A DNA stretch of 64,000 nucleotides from contig NC_134026.1 in assembly GCF_964204645.1 (NCBI RefSeq), positions 12,795,950 through 12,859,949 on the forward strand, given 5' to 3'. The translations under genes and the position numbers were made by a program. This stretch comes from Tubulanus polymorphus. Lineage: Eukaryota > Animalia > Nemertea. Numbering within the stretch: the stretch's first letter is position 1; every line of letters starts with the position of its first letter. This document shows, in pieces, positions 11,487-24,952 of the stretch. Below the pieces are notes generated by a model. It was not told the origin of the DNA. It saw only the letters and a program-made list of their open reading frames with translations, and did not search any database.

Positions 11487-14400
11487 TCCTTCCCTCTAAA
11501 GTGACATCCTGTCTCTTTAATTATTCTTAAGTCTATATCCACTAAATTAAACAAAATCTAAATTAACTATAGCTTAACATTAAACTTTTAAGAGCTAAAC
11601 TATTTCTATAAATTTTCTGAAGAAATTACTAAACTTTACACTTGTAATATACATTAATTGGAATGATTCTTTGTAATTTTACCAAGATTTGTATATGAAT
11701 TATATCTAAATCTATTTCTATATGTGCATACACTTAAAACAACTATCTAAATACAATGTAGTCATACAAATCTAATGTTCAACTTTCAACGCAACACGCG
11801 AACCGAAAACGAATTATTGAGACTAGATAATCTCAAAATTGACTTTTAACACAAATTACTCTTCGGTGAGTAATCAAACATATTCATGCGACAATATATG
11901 TTTGCTGATTTCTAATTCCGACCAATGAATGAATTACGCTTCAAATTCGGTTTTTCCTTCCGAATGATTGTTTCACTGTTTATACAACGCACAACTGAAA
12001 TTATTCGAATTAAATTCCAGAGGACAGATGTTGCCTATGGAACGCTTATAAACCTTTTTCGAGGTTTCAACATCAACGACACGAATTAATCCATCTTTTC
12101 CTGGATAGACCGATTTGATTTCTCCCAATTTCCACTGCCGCCTAGGAAGATCCTTATCGATAACTAGTACAATATCTCCGTTTGCAATGGAGACAACCAT
12201 TTCTTTCTCGCGCTCAACTGAGGTAGAATCTCTTGGATCCACCTACACTAAAACGGACGAACGACTTCTTGACTATGTCGCCACTTGTTACGCAAATTGT
12301 ACGGAATGCAGTCTACACTACTCGGTGCAGTATCTCCGCTGACTCGTCCCATGATAAAATGATTTGGTGTCAACATAGGTTCATTTATCTCTACCAACGG
12401 TCTCGAGTTCATTATTCCTTCAAATAATGTAACGACTGTACGAAACTGCTCATCGTTTAATTCACTACCTCCGATTATTGCTTTTATTGAACGCTTTGTG
12501 GCTTAAGTATTTGTTTCAAATACACCACCGAAATGTGGACTAACAGGTGGATTCCAAATCCAGTTTACTCCGTTATTTGCTAAGTTATTCGATATCTTAT
12601 CTTGATCAAGACTATCAAGACAATCAACGAGCTCCTTCAACTCTGATTCTCCTGAAACAAAACTTCCACCGTTATCTGATAAGCATCTTTTAGGCCAACC
12701 ACGCCTTGCCGCAAATCTTGAGAATGCGCAAAGGAACGAATCTGTATCCAGGCTATCAGTAGCTTCGAGATGTACCGCTCTGACTTGCAGATTGACCATC
12801 AAAAGGAGGTAATTTTTCGCCCAAACTCTGCCTATCTTAACTGAAAATGGACCCGCGAAATCCAGACCGATGTCTGAAAACACATTCCATGATGGGTTTA
12901 CTCGAATACTAGGCAGAGGAGCCATCTGTTGACTGAGATGCTTCTTTCGTAACCATGTAAGACAATACGCACAGTTGTTCACGATTTTCTTAACCGCAGT
13001 CAACCCTTGTAAAATCAGATATTTTCTACGAAGAGTGTTAAGAATTTGTACTGGCCCTACACTATGTGCAGTATCATCATGTGCCTGTACTATCAAAAGT
13101 CTTGTAATGTCCCTCGATTTCGACAGAATTATCGGAAATTTTGTTCTTCTGGTAATAATTTGCATCTTTCGACTCTCGTTTGCGATCGAAGAACTCCGTC
13201 CAGGTATGGGTTCAACCATGCGATTTTACTACTGAGTAATACATTTTTCTTCTTTTCTAATGCTACTTTTTTTTCACTGAAAGCTTCTCTTTGACCTACT
13301 TTCACTAACTCTACTTCCCCTGCTTTCAGTTCATCAGGAGACAATACACGATCATAATTTATGCTTGAGTTACACGTTTTACAGTTCAATACAAATCGCT
13401 TAACCCACGCATAAATTTGAACCAGCGAAAACTTTCCTGTTGAGGATGTACCACCGTTTTGTACGGGTAACCATCTAGACCATCGACTAGGCTTCAAACT
13501 CCACACAAATTCATCGAGTGGAATATTTGTCATCGAATCATCATTTTCTTTGCGATTTTCTGTATTTTCGATGTTTAAATCCAACGCACGAATCATAAAC
13601 CCAGTAGGTGCCACCATAACTGTTCATCTTTCAACGGAACTATACTGCAGCCTCTTGACGCGACATCTGCCGGATTACAGCTTGTTGGTATGTATCTCCA
13701 CTGAGACGGAGAGGTAACTTCATGAATTTTAGCAACACGATTTGAAACGAAAGTCTTGTAACTTCGACTTTCTCCTCTTAACCAGAACAAAACATCATAA
13801 GAGTCGCTCCAGAAAGTAGCTTCTATTGGTAATTTCAGCACTTTACATACTCATCTTGTCAACTGCATACCAATTTCCGCAGCCATTAACTTGAGCTTTG
13901 GAATTGAAATACTCTTTGTTGGAGCCAACTTCGATTTTGCAGTAACTAGTCTGACAGTAACTGAACCATCTTCATATGTAGTTAACTGATACACTGCTGT
14001 GGAGTAAGCTCTAATCGAAGCATCACCGAATGTATGTAAAGTCACTGATTTTACATCTTTTTGAGTCTTCAAACATCTTGGTATGTGGAGACATGAGATC
14101 GATGACAAATCTTCACACCACGATTTCCATTTCTGACGTAATTTTGACGTAAGAATCTCATCGCATTCTAGTCCTTTCAGCCAGGTTTCTTGCAGAATGA
14201 TTTTCGCTTCAAGGACTTAAGGTGTTATAAGTCCCATCGGGTCAAATATCCAAGCAATATGACTGAGAACTTCACGTTTCGTTATACTGTCGTGGTATTC
14301 TGGTATGTTAACTTGATATTCAAATGTGTCTGATTCTGCTTTCCAGTAGACACCCAGAACTTTGGTTTTTGGCAATACATCGTCTTGAATCTTCAATCTA

Positions 14401-16349
14401 TCGGATTCCGGAATATCTTCTAAGACAGACCTGTTATTTGAAATACATTTTCTATAATGAAATCCTCCATCTGTAGCCAAAGCCGTTAACTGTTGTCTGG
14501 CGGCTATGGAAACATCTGGGTCATCCATTGAACAAATGGTGTCATCCATGTATGTTTTTTCGAATCAACTTCATCAGCTGCAAGCGGATAAACTTCTTTC
14601 TTCATTTTCGCATGAGTCTGCCATACATACTGAGCACAGCAAGGAGAGTATGTTCCACCGAATACATGCCTTTTAAATTCATAGACTTCAATTTCACCGG
14701 ATGTCTGATTTTTCCAGAGAAATCTATGATACTTTCGATCTTCTGGCTTCATTTCTATTTGCAAATACAAAAGAAAGATCCGTGAAAGATCTGCACCCAT
14801 AGCCATGAGTCCACTTCTGAATGGAATCAAAACTTCAAATAAATCAGCTTGAAGTTTCGGTCCTGCATATGCTTCAGAGTTCGGACTTTTTTCATTGTAC
14901 TTCGACGATCCATCAAAATCGGAAAATGAGGTAAATACCATGCATCAACATTTTTGAACAATTTTAACGGACCTTTGAATTCGATATAATCTTTGGTCAG
15001 GTATTCTGCGATTGTTTCTTCATACGATTTTTTGATGTCCGGATTGGAATCAATTTTCTTCATTAATAATTTGAAGTCTGTTCAACGCTACTGACTGATT
15101 ATTTTCCAGATAGGGACTTTCATCCTTCCAAGGAACGCCAATTTCATAACGCTTGCCGTTGAACTTCAACGATTGCTCCAGCTTTTTCTGAGCTATTTCT
15201 TCGTCAACCGATAATTTGGATCTTGATACATCGAGACCCGATTTTTCTATCTCCCAAAACGCTTTTAGGGTAGAATCTAACAAAATTTCTTCTTCATTCG
15301 GATTTTCACGATTAGCGAAAATCGTTTGACATGATGCAACATCGAACTGTGTGTTAGAGTACAGCCAGATACTCCTCACTGTCGTCTACTATTACAATTC
15401 GACCCACGATGATACGGACGTAAACATCGAAAACATAAACCAAGCCTTTTTGCAGTAGTCCAACGTTCATCGATTTTCATCTTTCGGAAACGGTTGCATT
15501 TTACTTCAGTGTGTTCCATTCCACACATGCTATATTTTACTGAATTACCCACGAAGGTACCACTACGTTTATTCGGTAATTTTCTATCAACAGTCTTCGA
15601 ATCATTCGATATTCCATGAAGACCCCTCACTGCTTCACGAGCTTTCACCTTTCGCACAACAACTTCTGAAAAACATTCACTTAAGGAAGCTAGACCTTCG
15701 TCACATGATCTCGAGCTTAACCAGTCATAGTACTGTACGAGCAATATCTCAGGAATCTTTCGAGATACAATGCTATACCAAGCACCATCACCGAGATCAT
15801 CACCTTTTCCTCCAGCTTTCAATTTTGTAACTGCAATGACGAGATTATCTGACAATATTTCTAATTTGTCAATATCATAAACTGACGGCTTTTCTGACTT
15901 TTCCAATTCATCTAAATATCCCTGTAGTTTCCTACGATTACCACTGAACTTCTGAACAAGTAATTTTTTTGCCGCTTTGTATTCCTCTAAGCTATAACCG
16001 AAACCCTTTATCGTATCAATAGCTTTTCCTTTCAACGAGTTCATCAACCGTAGCATTTTATTAGCTGCTGGTTCTATTATCTCTAGTACTTGACTACTAA
16101 TCAGTATCTTCTTTACTTTCTAAGACCTTTGCTATTGTTAGGAGTCTGGTCAAAGTGCTTTTTTCTATTTTCTTAAGTTTTTTCAGCTCACCTAAACCAC
16201 GGTTTTGAAGTACTTACTGTTGCATCAACATTAGCCATGATTGCGAAATATTGTCAGCAGTTACTGAAGTCTAATTTTCTGATGTTTATACTTGCTGTTT
16301 CTGATGTTCTATTTCTATTTCATGAGTCAGCTTTACAGTTTTCTTGTGT

Positions 16350-16367
16350 TCCCGGGTTTCGGCACCA
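16350..16367 (-). promoter_or_regulatory. Primer-binding site complementary to tRNA-Phe
   Basis: TGGTGCCGAAACCCGGGA, 5 nt inside the 5' LTR; complementary to the 3' end of metazoan tRNA-Phe (..UCCCGGGUUUCGGCACCA). Confidence 0.85.
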
Positions 16368-16372
16368 TTTTA

Positions 16373-16581
16373 TATTCTTGTTTATCCTCGGGTCCTGGCG
16401 TATAAACTATAAACTGGCCCTTGAATCAGGGAAACTAATTTATCTGACTCTTAACGCCTGCTTCCATATTTGATCAACAACTTTATTATGCACCAGCTAT
16501 ACAGCGGAAAAATCAACTCTAAAATTTGATATGTAACTGATGTAACAATTTTCAATATAAGATCACAGGTTCGAATCATCA
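16373..16581 (-). repeat. 5' LTR of the BEL/Pao element
   Basis: Direct repeat of 11282-11486 with about 8 substitutions and 2 indels. Confidence 0.9.
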
Positions 16582-17065
16582 TATCTAGCTAAAATGTCAT
16601 TGCAGTCCTATACAGATAAAAATTACTGTTTCGAAACATTTGGTTCTTAATGTGAAAATTATTTTTCCCGATATTTGTGATATCACCTGGTTATATCGTA
16701 ACATCATAACCAAAACTTCATAGCCCATGGGCCTCTTGTTTTCGAAAAGGCTGATCCCAGGTGGTCACTTATACACAAAGGTATTATTTCAATAGTAAAT
16801 GTCAAAAAGTAGGAACCAGAGGGCATTTGACCGTTAAGTGATTTAAAACTTGTTACAATGTTATGATGCAAATCATTCTGTTAACTGTGAATACGCAATA
16901 ATTCTACTACAAATATGTCTCAATGTATAAAACCCATGGGCCTCTTGTTTTAGACATTTTTTGATTCATGAAATGTTTCTTGAATGAATAACCTACGATA
17001 AATGACTGGATGTCTTATTTGATTATCAGTTTTCAAACTTGTCTCATTTATCTTCATACATTTAG

Positions 17066-17246
17066 TTGGAATCAACCAGCTTAGAGATATTGGCGTAACG
17101 GATATTGATGTAGATTCGTGTGGTGATGTTGAAGCAGCGGCAGAGGGAGCTAATTTAGCTATATATAAATATGAGGATTTGAAGTCAAGTGAAAGTCATT
17201 CAAAACCAGTTTTTGTAAAATGTTTCCATGATGGAGCAAATAAATG
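17066..17246 (+). CDS. LAP3: LAP3-like exon
   Basis: catttag| ... |gtgagt; VGINQLRDIGVTDIDVDSCGDVEAAAEGANLAIYKYEDLK...; phases are consistent. Confidence 0.93.
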
Positions 17247-17319
17247 GTGAGTATTCTTTGACCACTAGTAGTGTACCCCCAGTGGGTTGCAGTGTTCACT
17301 TTTCGGGTTTCTGTGAAAC

Positions 17320-17960
17320 GTGGGGTAGCAGATTGGGAGCACCGCATGGGGTACCATCATATATATTAAACCAGGGGGGTTTTGATATCAGATATTGACG
17401 GCGATAAACGTGGACTTATTTTTATAAATTGATTTGGAAGAGCCGGCTATAAAAGAAATTAGGCTTAAAAGATTCTGAGATATTAGTAACTGAAGTTTTT
17501 AAGTGGGCCGCCAGATCAACGGAATCGGCTGTATGTTGTTTTTATCAGAAACATGTGTATAGAAAGTGATTATGTTTACTTATGAAGTTCAACATAATAG
17601 AAAAGTGAAGACAGCTTTTCACTTTACCATATATATATATGTATTCGTACAAAGGGTGTAGTTGATGGTTCGTATCTGTAAAGTTTGATGTAAATGTCTG
17701 GTGATAATAAACAGCCGATGCCATGTTTTCGGTTTTCCGTTTCACTGTTTCCCGGTGAGATCCAGTTGCCCGCTTCAAAACTTTAGTTACCGATATTTCA
17801 GAATTTAAAGCGATTATTAAGCCGGCTTTTCTAAATCAGTTGATTTAGTCCACGTCCACGCTTATCGACGGTACACCTGGTATTGAAAAACCTTGATTTA
17901 ATATTAATGATGGTACCCCAGATTGGGGCCCCATATGGGGGCCCCAATGCGCTACCCCAA
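17320..17960. repeat. Foldback element with imperfect inverted arms of about 200 bp
   Basis: ggggtaccatcat / atgatggtacccc, cgataaacgtggac / gtccacg..ttatcg and agccggct..ataa / tta..agccggct are mirrored. Confidence 0.7.
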
Positions 17961-18370
17961 CACTTCTGCAGGGTTTAGGAAACTAAACGAAAGTAACACC
18001 TTTCATATTCTTCCTAACTTGATACCTGCATGACGAAAGTGCTTCTTGTAAACCATACTTGATCAAATTATTAAACCAGACTCTTAAATCAACATTTTAG
18101 AAAATATACTTCACAATATTCAGCTTGCAGTTCAGCTATACTGGTGAGCTGGTTCACTATACTGGTGAATGTTGGAGGGTGACCTCGGTTCATCACTTGC
18201 AACTAGAAATAGATCAGGTGTGCTGCACTATTAGTCCAAAATGGATAAGAAAACGTTTGATATGTTTTAGGGGTAATTGAAAATTTTGATTTTCTGGATT
18301 ATTTAAGGGCATATGAAAAATGTATCTAGCTTTAAGACAATATATTGTAGATTCAATTCTTCCTCTGCAG

Positions 18371-18517
18371 TAAATGGCATCGTGGCACGGTTTTAGCAGA
18401 AGGTCAGAATTTTGCAAGAAGACTGACTGATGTTCCTGCGAATAAAATGACTCCTACAATTTTTGTCGAGGAAGCTACAAATAAACTTGATAAATTTGGT
18501 GTTAAATGTGTTGCTAG
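18371..18517 (+). CDS. LAP3: LAP3-like exon
   Basis: ctctgcag| ... |gtaagt; KWHRGTVLAEGQNFARRLTDVPANKMTPTIF (M17 GQN.AR...PAN.MTP motif). Confidence 0.95.
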
Positions 18518-19239
18518 GTAAGTGAATTGAATGAATCTTTTCATCCAATATGAGTGAGCTTATTTTTCATTGCTCCAACATGATTTGCATTTAGTAATAT
18601 TGTTTGACTGTAGAGGTGAATTATAGTGTAGAGGTATGCTTTTTTCGTCTGGTAATGAATTTTAAGTATACAAATTTAATCTTATGCGGATCATTCACTG
18701 TTCGTCCAATCAAAATCCTAATTGAAGTTTTGAAGCTGTTGGGTTTTGAATTTGAAACTCCCCATATCCTAATTTTGTTGATTTGGCTTGACCTGACCTT
18801 TTGAACCTTTGCGACGATCTGCGGCGATCACATGGGCTCCCCCAGCTACTCACTGCTCTTCAATGGCGCACTTTGATCTCAAGTAGGTAAGTAGGTAAGC
18901 ATTTTGTCTCTTGCCGAATATGATTGAATTAGCTAATTTGATATACTCAGGTTTTGAGTGTGCCCATGTTGGGACTTCGGCTGATAGAATTCTGACTTTG
19001 ATTTATTTCAGCAATGTCTTGAGCCTGCAACATTCTTTGAAAATGAAACGACTGCGACGTGATGGTCCACAAAATAATTACAGAGTTGTGATTAGCAGTG
19101 AAGTTTTGGCTCGCATTAGCGAGCTTATGTCATCGGTCTGGCCGATCGATAATCATTTGTATGCTGAATACACTACGCTCAAAGCTATTTTTAGCACACT
19201 CTTTAGCAATTTCATTAGCCTGTAATGTCACTACTAATG

Positions 19240-21470
19240 GGCGAGTAGAACGGATTAAGCAAAAACATATTTTGTAATTTGTTTTTCTTTATGGTGCGCA
19301 AAGTTGAAAGCCGTGGGTTTCATATTTTTTTAGTTAACCAAGTTAACCAAAAATTTGATTTATCTGAGCACGTTCTTTTATGCAGCATCTTTAATCGTCC
19401 AAAATTACACATATGAAAATTCAATGCTATTTGCGTCGGAAGAACTTTATCTCCTCAAGATCCAACGCTTTGTTCGGTAGTTATGGGCTTTCAAAGACGA
19501 AACCCCCACCTCTCGGTTATGTATAATTTCTGTTGACCCGGTTTGAACTCCATCATGACGTCATAGCATTTGTTGAATATGTAAATGATGTGGATCAGCA
19601 GGTGCTAAACAAGATGGCGGCACAATTGAAGAGGTTCTTATCATTTCTAGCGTGAAAACTGATACTCAAGGCGTATGATATAACGATTTATTGTGTGTTC
19701 ACAGGGCTGCCAAGTGTTTCAATTTTGGCGGAATCGTTCCGATTCGGCCAATGAAAATACGCCATTCCGACAGGGTTAAAAAAATATGAATTCCATCGCA
19801 AATGTCCTGATGTCCCGGAAATAATTTCAAAAATACGATTTTTATTATAAAACTTCTTCATTTCCTCATAATGTCTATGAAATACACTAAATCAAATAAA
19901 TTTGATGGAAAAAAATTGTTACGGAAAAAGCGTGAAAGTAAAGGAGTGAATTGAATTGACCTTCGTTCAACATCAGCCGTATTCACTTTTGATTTGAATT
20001 GAATTGGGTAAAATTGGTTTCGGTCGGTAATTAGCTCAACCATCAACAAGATGGCAGACGCTGGGCCGTCGTCGCACAGCGATTCGGGATCCGCCGATGA
20101 ATCTGGCCCAACAACAAAAAAACGAAGCGAATGCAAAAATTCCGAAAAGACTATAAGTTGACATTTCCTTGCGTAGCCGAAAGTAAACGGGGAGTTAACT
20201 TTGCGTTCTGTTCGTCTTGTGGCGCTGATTTCAGCATCTCTCACGGCGGCCTGAACGACGTAAAAAACATTGCGATTTTGGAAAAAATAAAAGCACATTG
20301 AAGATAGGGAAAATATCTTCTTTTTTTCGTCCGGACTCGAAGGAACTGGAGGTATTTAGGGCTGAAACCTTGTTTACATTTTTCCTAGTTGAACACAATC
20401 TGCCCCTGGCTGCAGCTGATCACGCGAGAGAACTATTCAAAAAAATGTTTCCCGGTCATTATAATTCAATGAACTATCATTGCGGGCGTACTAAAACTTC
20501 ACACATAGTTGGCGCTCTCGCTGAGAAATTGCTTCATCTTAGTAGGTTCCTATTTGACCCCCCAAAGTTCCTTCTAAGATATCCTTCTGTCCCTATATGC
20601 GTAAGGACAAGGTTGGCAGCCCTGTGTTCAATGATTCATCTAGTTTTGAAATCCTGTGCACAAGGTATCATTGCATCAAGATATCTTACGAAATTCTGGT
20701 TTCAAATTGCGGAAATTTACTTCTGTTTTTGGCACACGGCTGATTCACTGATGATACTGATCGGCTGATAGCATTGAATTTTTTAAGATGAGTCAGATAT
20801 TTACATGACTGGAATAATTGTTTTATCATCATTAATTGAAGTCATTTTATTGACGTTCGCATTAATGATCCGTTTTGGAGCCTGATTATTTGTATTTGTT
20901 TGTTAATCGCGGTATAGTGATGAGCGTTTGCGTTGAAAACAGTTGTGCACAGTGGCCTAGGCAATATCGCCTCATACTCTTGTGTTGACTGCGTGTATGT
21001 ATCAGTTAAAGATAACGTGCAGCGCAGGTCGTGCGTAACAACGATCTTGAGTGAAGATGTAAGCTTGCCCGCCTACTTAAAATCCTATCGTGAAACCATG
21101 TCAGTGGATAAACTTAATTGTGTCATTAACCGGCACTGGCCTCAAATTTGCATACCTGGCAGCTTCTGTCCTAATTTGGGCGTATGATAATGATAAACCG
21201 CTGATGAAACCCAGGTTTTCACTTTGCCGGGTCACTCATAGTCCTAGTTGTTTTATATGTCATTCTATGAATGTATAAAAATTATGAATATTAATTTGTT
21301 GAGACGAAAATTCCCGAAATCAATTTTTCAAAGATTTCATTCTCGGTAAAAAGTTATCACTGACCAAAATTAAGTCCTTTTTGATACATGTATATCTTCT
21401 CTTTTCTAATTTTCAATGAAATGAATTTGTGCGTACAAGTAGCGTATGCATGGATCATTGGTCCTTTATA
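19240..21470. repeat. Unclassified dispersed element hosting the hAT insertion
   Basis: 19640-21470 aligns with 48890-49735; both end ...cattggtccttta. Confidence 0.75.
19702..20624 (+). mobile_element. Internally deleted hAT-like transposon with a 6-bp TSD
   Basis: TIR CAGGGCTGCCAA / TTGGCAGCCCTG; tgttca on both sides; transposase remnants CSSCGADFSISHGG and EHNLPLAAADH..LFKKMFP..CGRTKT. Confidence 0.85.
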
Positions 21471-21625
21471 TAGGAGAGCAGTGAAATTGGGAAGGGGTGT
21501 AATGAATTATTGTTCAATTTATTAATTGATAGATTTTCTTCAAACTTCATACACCGTGTTCGTAATTGCGCATTTATCCCAGAGAATCATGCAGTTGTGT
21601 GATTATTACATGCAATTCTGAGACA

Positions 21626-22200
21626 CAGTTAAACTTCGTTATAAGGCCACCAATGGGACCTGGCTAACTTTGGCGTAATAACGAGAATGGCGTTATAAAG
21701 AAAAACGCAACTTTATGCCAATTCATGAGTTATTTGTGAATGCAAATTCCTTACTGAACAAATTGATGCTTAATATTTACAGATAAATTTATTATTTACG
21801 AAATTTCGGACCAAAACCCCGCTGCGAGAGCAGTGTCGTGTGACAGACAGTGTCAGTAGCAATTATTTTTAAACATTTTCTTGCTAACTAAGCGTTCCGA
21901 ACCCACATTGGAACATTGGAAAGAGCCATTACCTTCCAAAATATAATAGTTGTTCATGGGTTCAAGATTGCACGGAAAACGCTTCTAAATTCTAAAATTT
22001 CTCTTGGGGGAGGGCCCCCAAACCCCCCCCAAAGAGTGTAGTGTAAATAGTGTGGCTCTGGGCAAAAAGCGTGGGGGTGTTATGATGGCAGCATTTAACA
22101 CTATATTAGATAAGGCTGAACGGTGCCACAGTGATATGATGGCGGTAGATGAGAAAGGCAGTAATATGAGGGGTATTATAACGAGGTTAAAATCTATCTC
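21626..22200. mobile_element. Tigger/pogo-like MITE (degenerate)
   Basis: cagttaaacttcgttataa ... ttataacgaggttaaa inverted ends. Confidence 0.45.
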
Positions 22201-22899
22201 AATTGTAGGATTTTGATGAAAATTGTTTGGTTAGGTTTTATTGGAGACTGTAGTGACCGAAGTACAGGACCAAAGCCTTATGTTCCCATATAATTACCTC
22301 GCTGGTTTATTTCCTCTATATCTTCCGGTTGTACTAAGTACTTACAATAACCGTGTATACATACACTACACAGACATGTAAGCTTTTTCATGCCCCCGGC
22401 TCAAAATAAGTCGAGAGGGGCAGATTTACCTCACGCATGCAAACAGCCCTAAAACTCCAATTTTTTTAGTGCCTCCCTAAAATTCCCTAAAATTTTAGCC
22501 TTTTTGCCAATTTTCCTAAAATATCCCAATTTTTACTTTCCGGTAACATCCGCGCTGTGTTGCATCGCATCGTCTCTGATGATGTTGAGGGACATGGCAT
22601 GGTCTGATGTCTGAAGTGAAGGACATCCATTCTTCTGTCTTGTTGATCTCACCCATATCAAATGGCCAGGGGAAATTACACTACCTCATGTATTTTTGCA
22701 GGTATGGAGGGATATCAGCTTTAGGTGTCTTACCTATTTTGTATCTCAAAGGTTAACCAGGAACTGGGTATAGTATGGGTTTCTCATAAAGTTTGTTACC
22801 AAGCTTTCAGATTAGTTATTCATTAGTCATAATTAGGGTTGTAAGTAACAATTTTTAACAATTACCCATTTTCTTCATCAGTACACTCTAACGATCCAC

Positions 22900-24952
22900 A
22901 GGATATTTACTACTCTAAATATTATAAGCACTGTCATGCTGTAAAGATCGATGAATCAAAGTGTGTTTTAACATCGTCGTTCGGCGGATCCACTGTTCTC
23001 CTCTCCATGAGAATCAAATCAAGTACTAATAAATTTATTACTCTTAGCTGCGGGCTTCAAACAGTCAGTTCCTTTATCGCATATTAACTACAATAAATCA
23101 TTGGAGTACCGGCCAGTGGTATAGGCCTAAACTAAACGAGCCGCACTGATGCAGCAGAGAAGAGCTGTTGTGGTGAAGAGGTATCATAAATGGATTTGTT
23201 ACACTACCAGTGATTCGACAGCGGGTTTCATCCATTTATGAATATTGTATTTTTCCTACAGTACATAATGATCTTTACCAAATCCACGGGATATTTACTA
23301 AAAACCTCTATATTACACATTCTTATCCGTAAGCTGGACTCAAGCTTGATATTCGGAGTGAGCGTCTTGGATGCCGCGGTGGATAGGAGATGGTTTCTAG
23401 GTCGCTTGAGGTGTTCATTGAGTTGTACGCGACCTTTAGGCCTACTGAGCTTGACTGTTTCAAGCAACCATAGTATAATTGTTGTGATTATTTACGGAAT
23501 TTGCAATAAGAAATTTGGCGACATTGCTGCGACGCGAAGTAGGCCTACAAAAAATTTGTTTCTTCATAATCCGAAAATAAACTTGATTTTACTGACTGAA
23601 TACCCCAGAGACCTACCCTGTTAAATAAGGTGTAGGAATACAATGTTTAGGAGGGTTGAAGTTCAATAGGCCTAAGCTTCTGTCCGGTAGACTAGTAGCC
23701 TCTACTAGGTTAAACTATATTCCCTGTAAACGAGGAATCAGATTTATTAGAATACATTTGGGCTATTAGTGATTAACTGGTTCTGACTTGCAATGATCAA
23801 TCACAATTATCAACGATATTTGATTGGCAAAGATGAATATTTCATGGAAATTTCATCTGAGTAGGCAGCTTTATAAACTAGATTTCAGTTTGAGTTTTTT
23901 CATCATTAATAGAACTGCCCTTGTACTAATTCCTGATGAGTTAAGTTACTACGGAGCCCCGGATAAAAAGATCTTTTTGCGTTTGAATTTCTTTTTGTTT
24001 GAACAAATTTTTTGTCAGAACAAAACGTTTTTCGTTCGAACCAAAAATATTTTGTTCGATCGAAACAAAATTGATTTCGTTCAAATAAAACTTTTTTTTG
24101 AAAAATTTGAAAAAAATTGTTTTCGCTCACAGTATAAATATTACATAGCTTTTTATTCGAACCAATTTTATTTTCAGAATTGGGGCGAAAGGTTTTTCGT
24201 ATGAACAAAAAAGATATTGACGAATGAACAGAATTGTTTTCATTCGAACAAGATTGTTTTCGCTCAACAATTTTTTCGCTGAAGAAAAAGATTATTGTTC
24301 GATCAAACAGAATTGTTTTTTTTAACATTAGTATAAAAAATTGTTTTCGCTCAACAAATCCATTTTGTCGTGACGTACATTTTTTGTGCGAACTATAACA
24401 TAGCTTTTTTTCGAAACTATTTTTTTGTCAGAACGAAAAGATTTTTGTTCGAACAAAAAGTATGTTGTTGAAACAAACAGAATTGTTCTCATTCGAAAAA
24501 TTTGTTAGAACAATAATGTTTTCTATCAACAAATTTTTTGTTGGGGACAAAAAGTTTTTCTTTCGAACAATTACATAACGTTTTATTTGATCAAATATTT
24601 ATTTACAAACGAAAATCGAAAAACACACATTATTTCTGTAGAAACAGTTTATTTCCTATCAGTTTTGTAGTTAAGACTAAACCTCATTATTAGTTAACTC
24701 TACACTGAGATTTATATCAGTTCACTACAGTCATCCATATCATACCCTTTTAAGTAGGCCTTATTGACTGTAGACCTTCCTTTTATAAAACCGTGTTTAC
24801 TGTTGAACAAGATTCTATATTGCCTTCATTTTCAATAGGATGGTGTGCTTGCGTCAGGATACACGCAATCGTGTTCGAAGGTGTCCTGACACTAACAAGA
24901 ATACAAACATGGTTGTGCAGAAAACCTGTTATCGCTGCTTTGCAGCTATATT
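22900..24952 (+). mobile_element. Helentron-like non-autonomous element, partial copy
   Basis: Aligns with 57600-59790, including the ttcgaac-rich low-complexity block; ends cagaaaacctgttatcgctgctttgcagctatatt. Confidence 0.7.

Larger units (their letters stand above)
11282..16581 (-). mobile_element. BEL/Pao LTR retrotransposon, degenerate, both LTRs present
   Basis: Gag Zn-knuckle (CFRCLRPYHRGSNC), RT (WYLPH, FGGTYSP, MDD), Pao RNase H (LHTFGDAS, SKLAP, NPADVASRG), integrase (DFAGP, SDNG, PHFGG) and DUF5641-like tail; many frameshifts; near-TSD catct/tatct. Confidence 0.95.

Noticed and set aside
11176-11499. Similar short ORFs at 11176 and 16237 suggesting a duplicated gene
   Set aside because: The shared peptide is simply the translation of the two LTRs.
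23824-24328. 126-aa and 140-aa ORFs on opposite strands
   Set aside because: They arise from low-complexity ttcgaac/poly-T repeat sequence with an F/K-biased translation.
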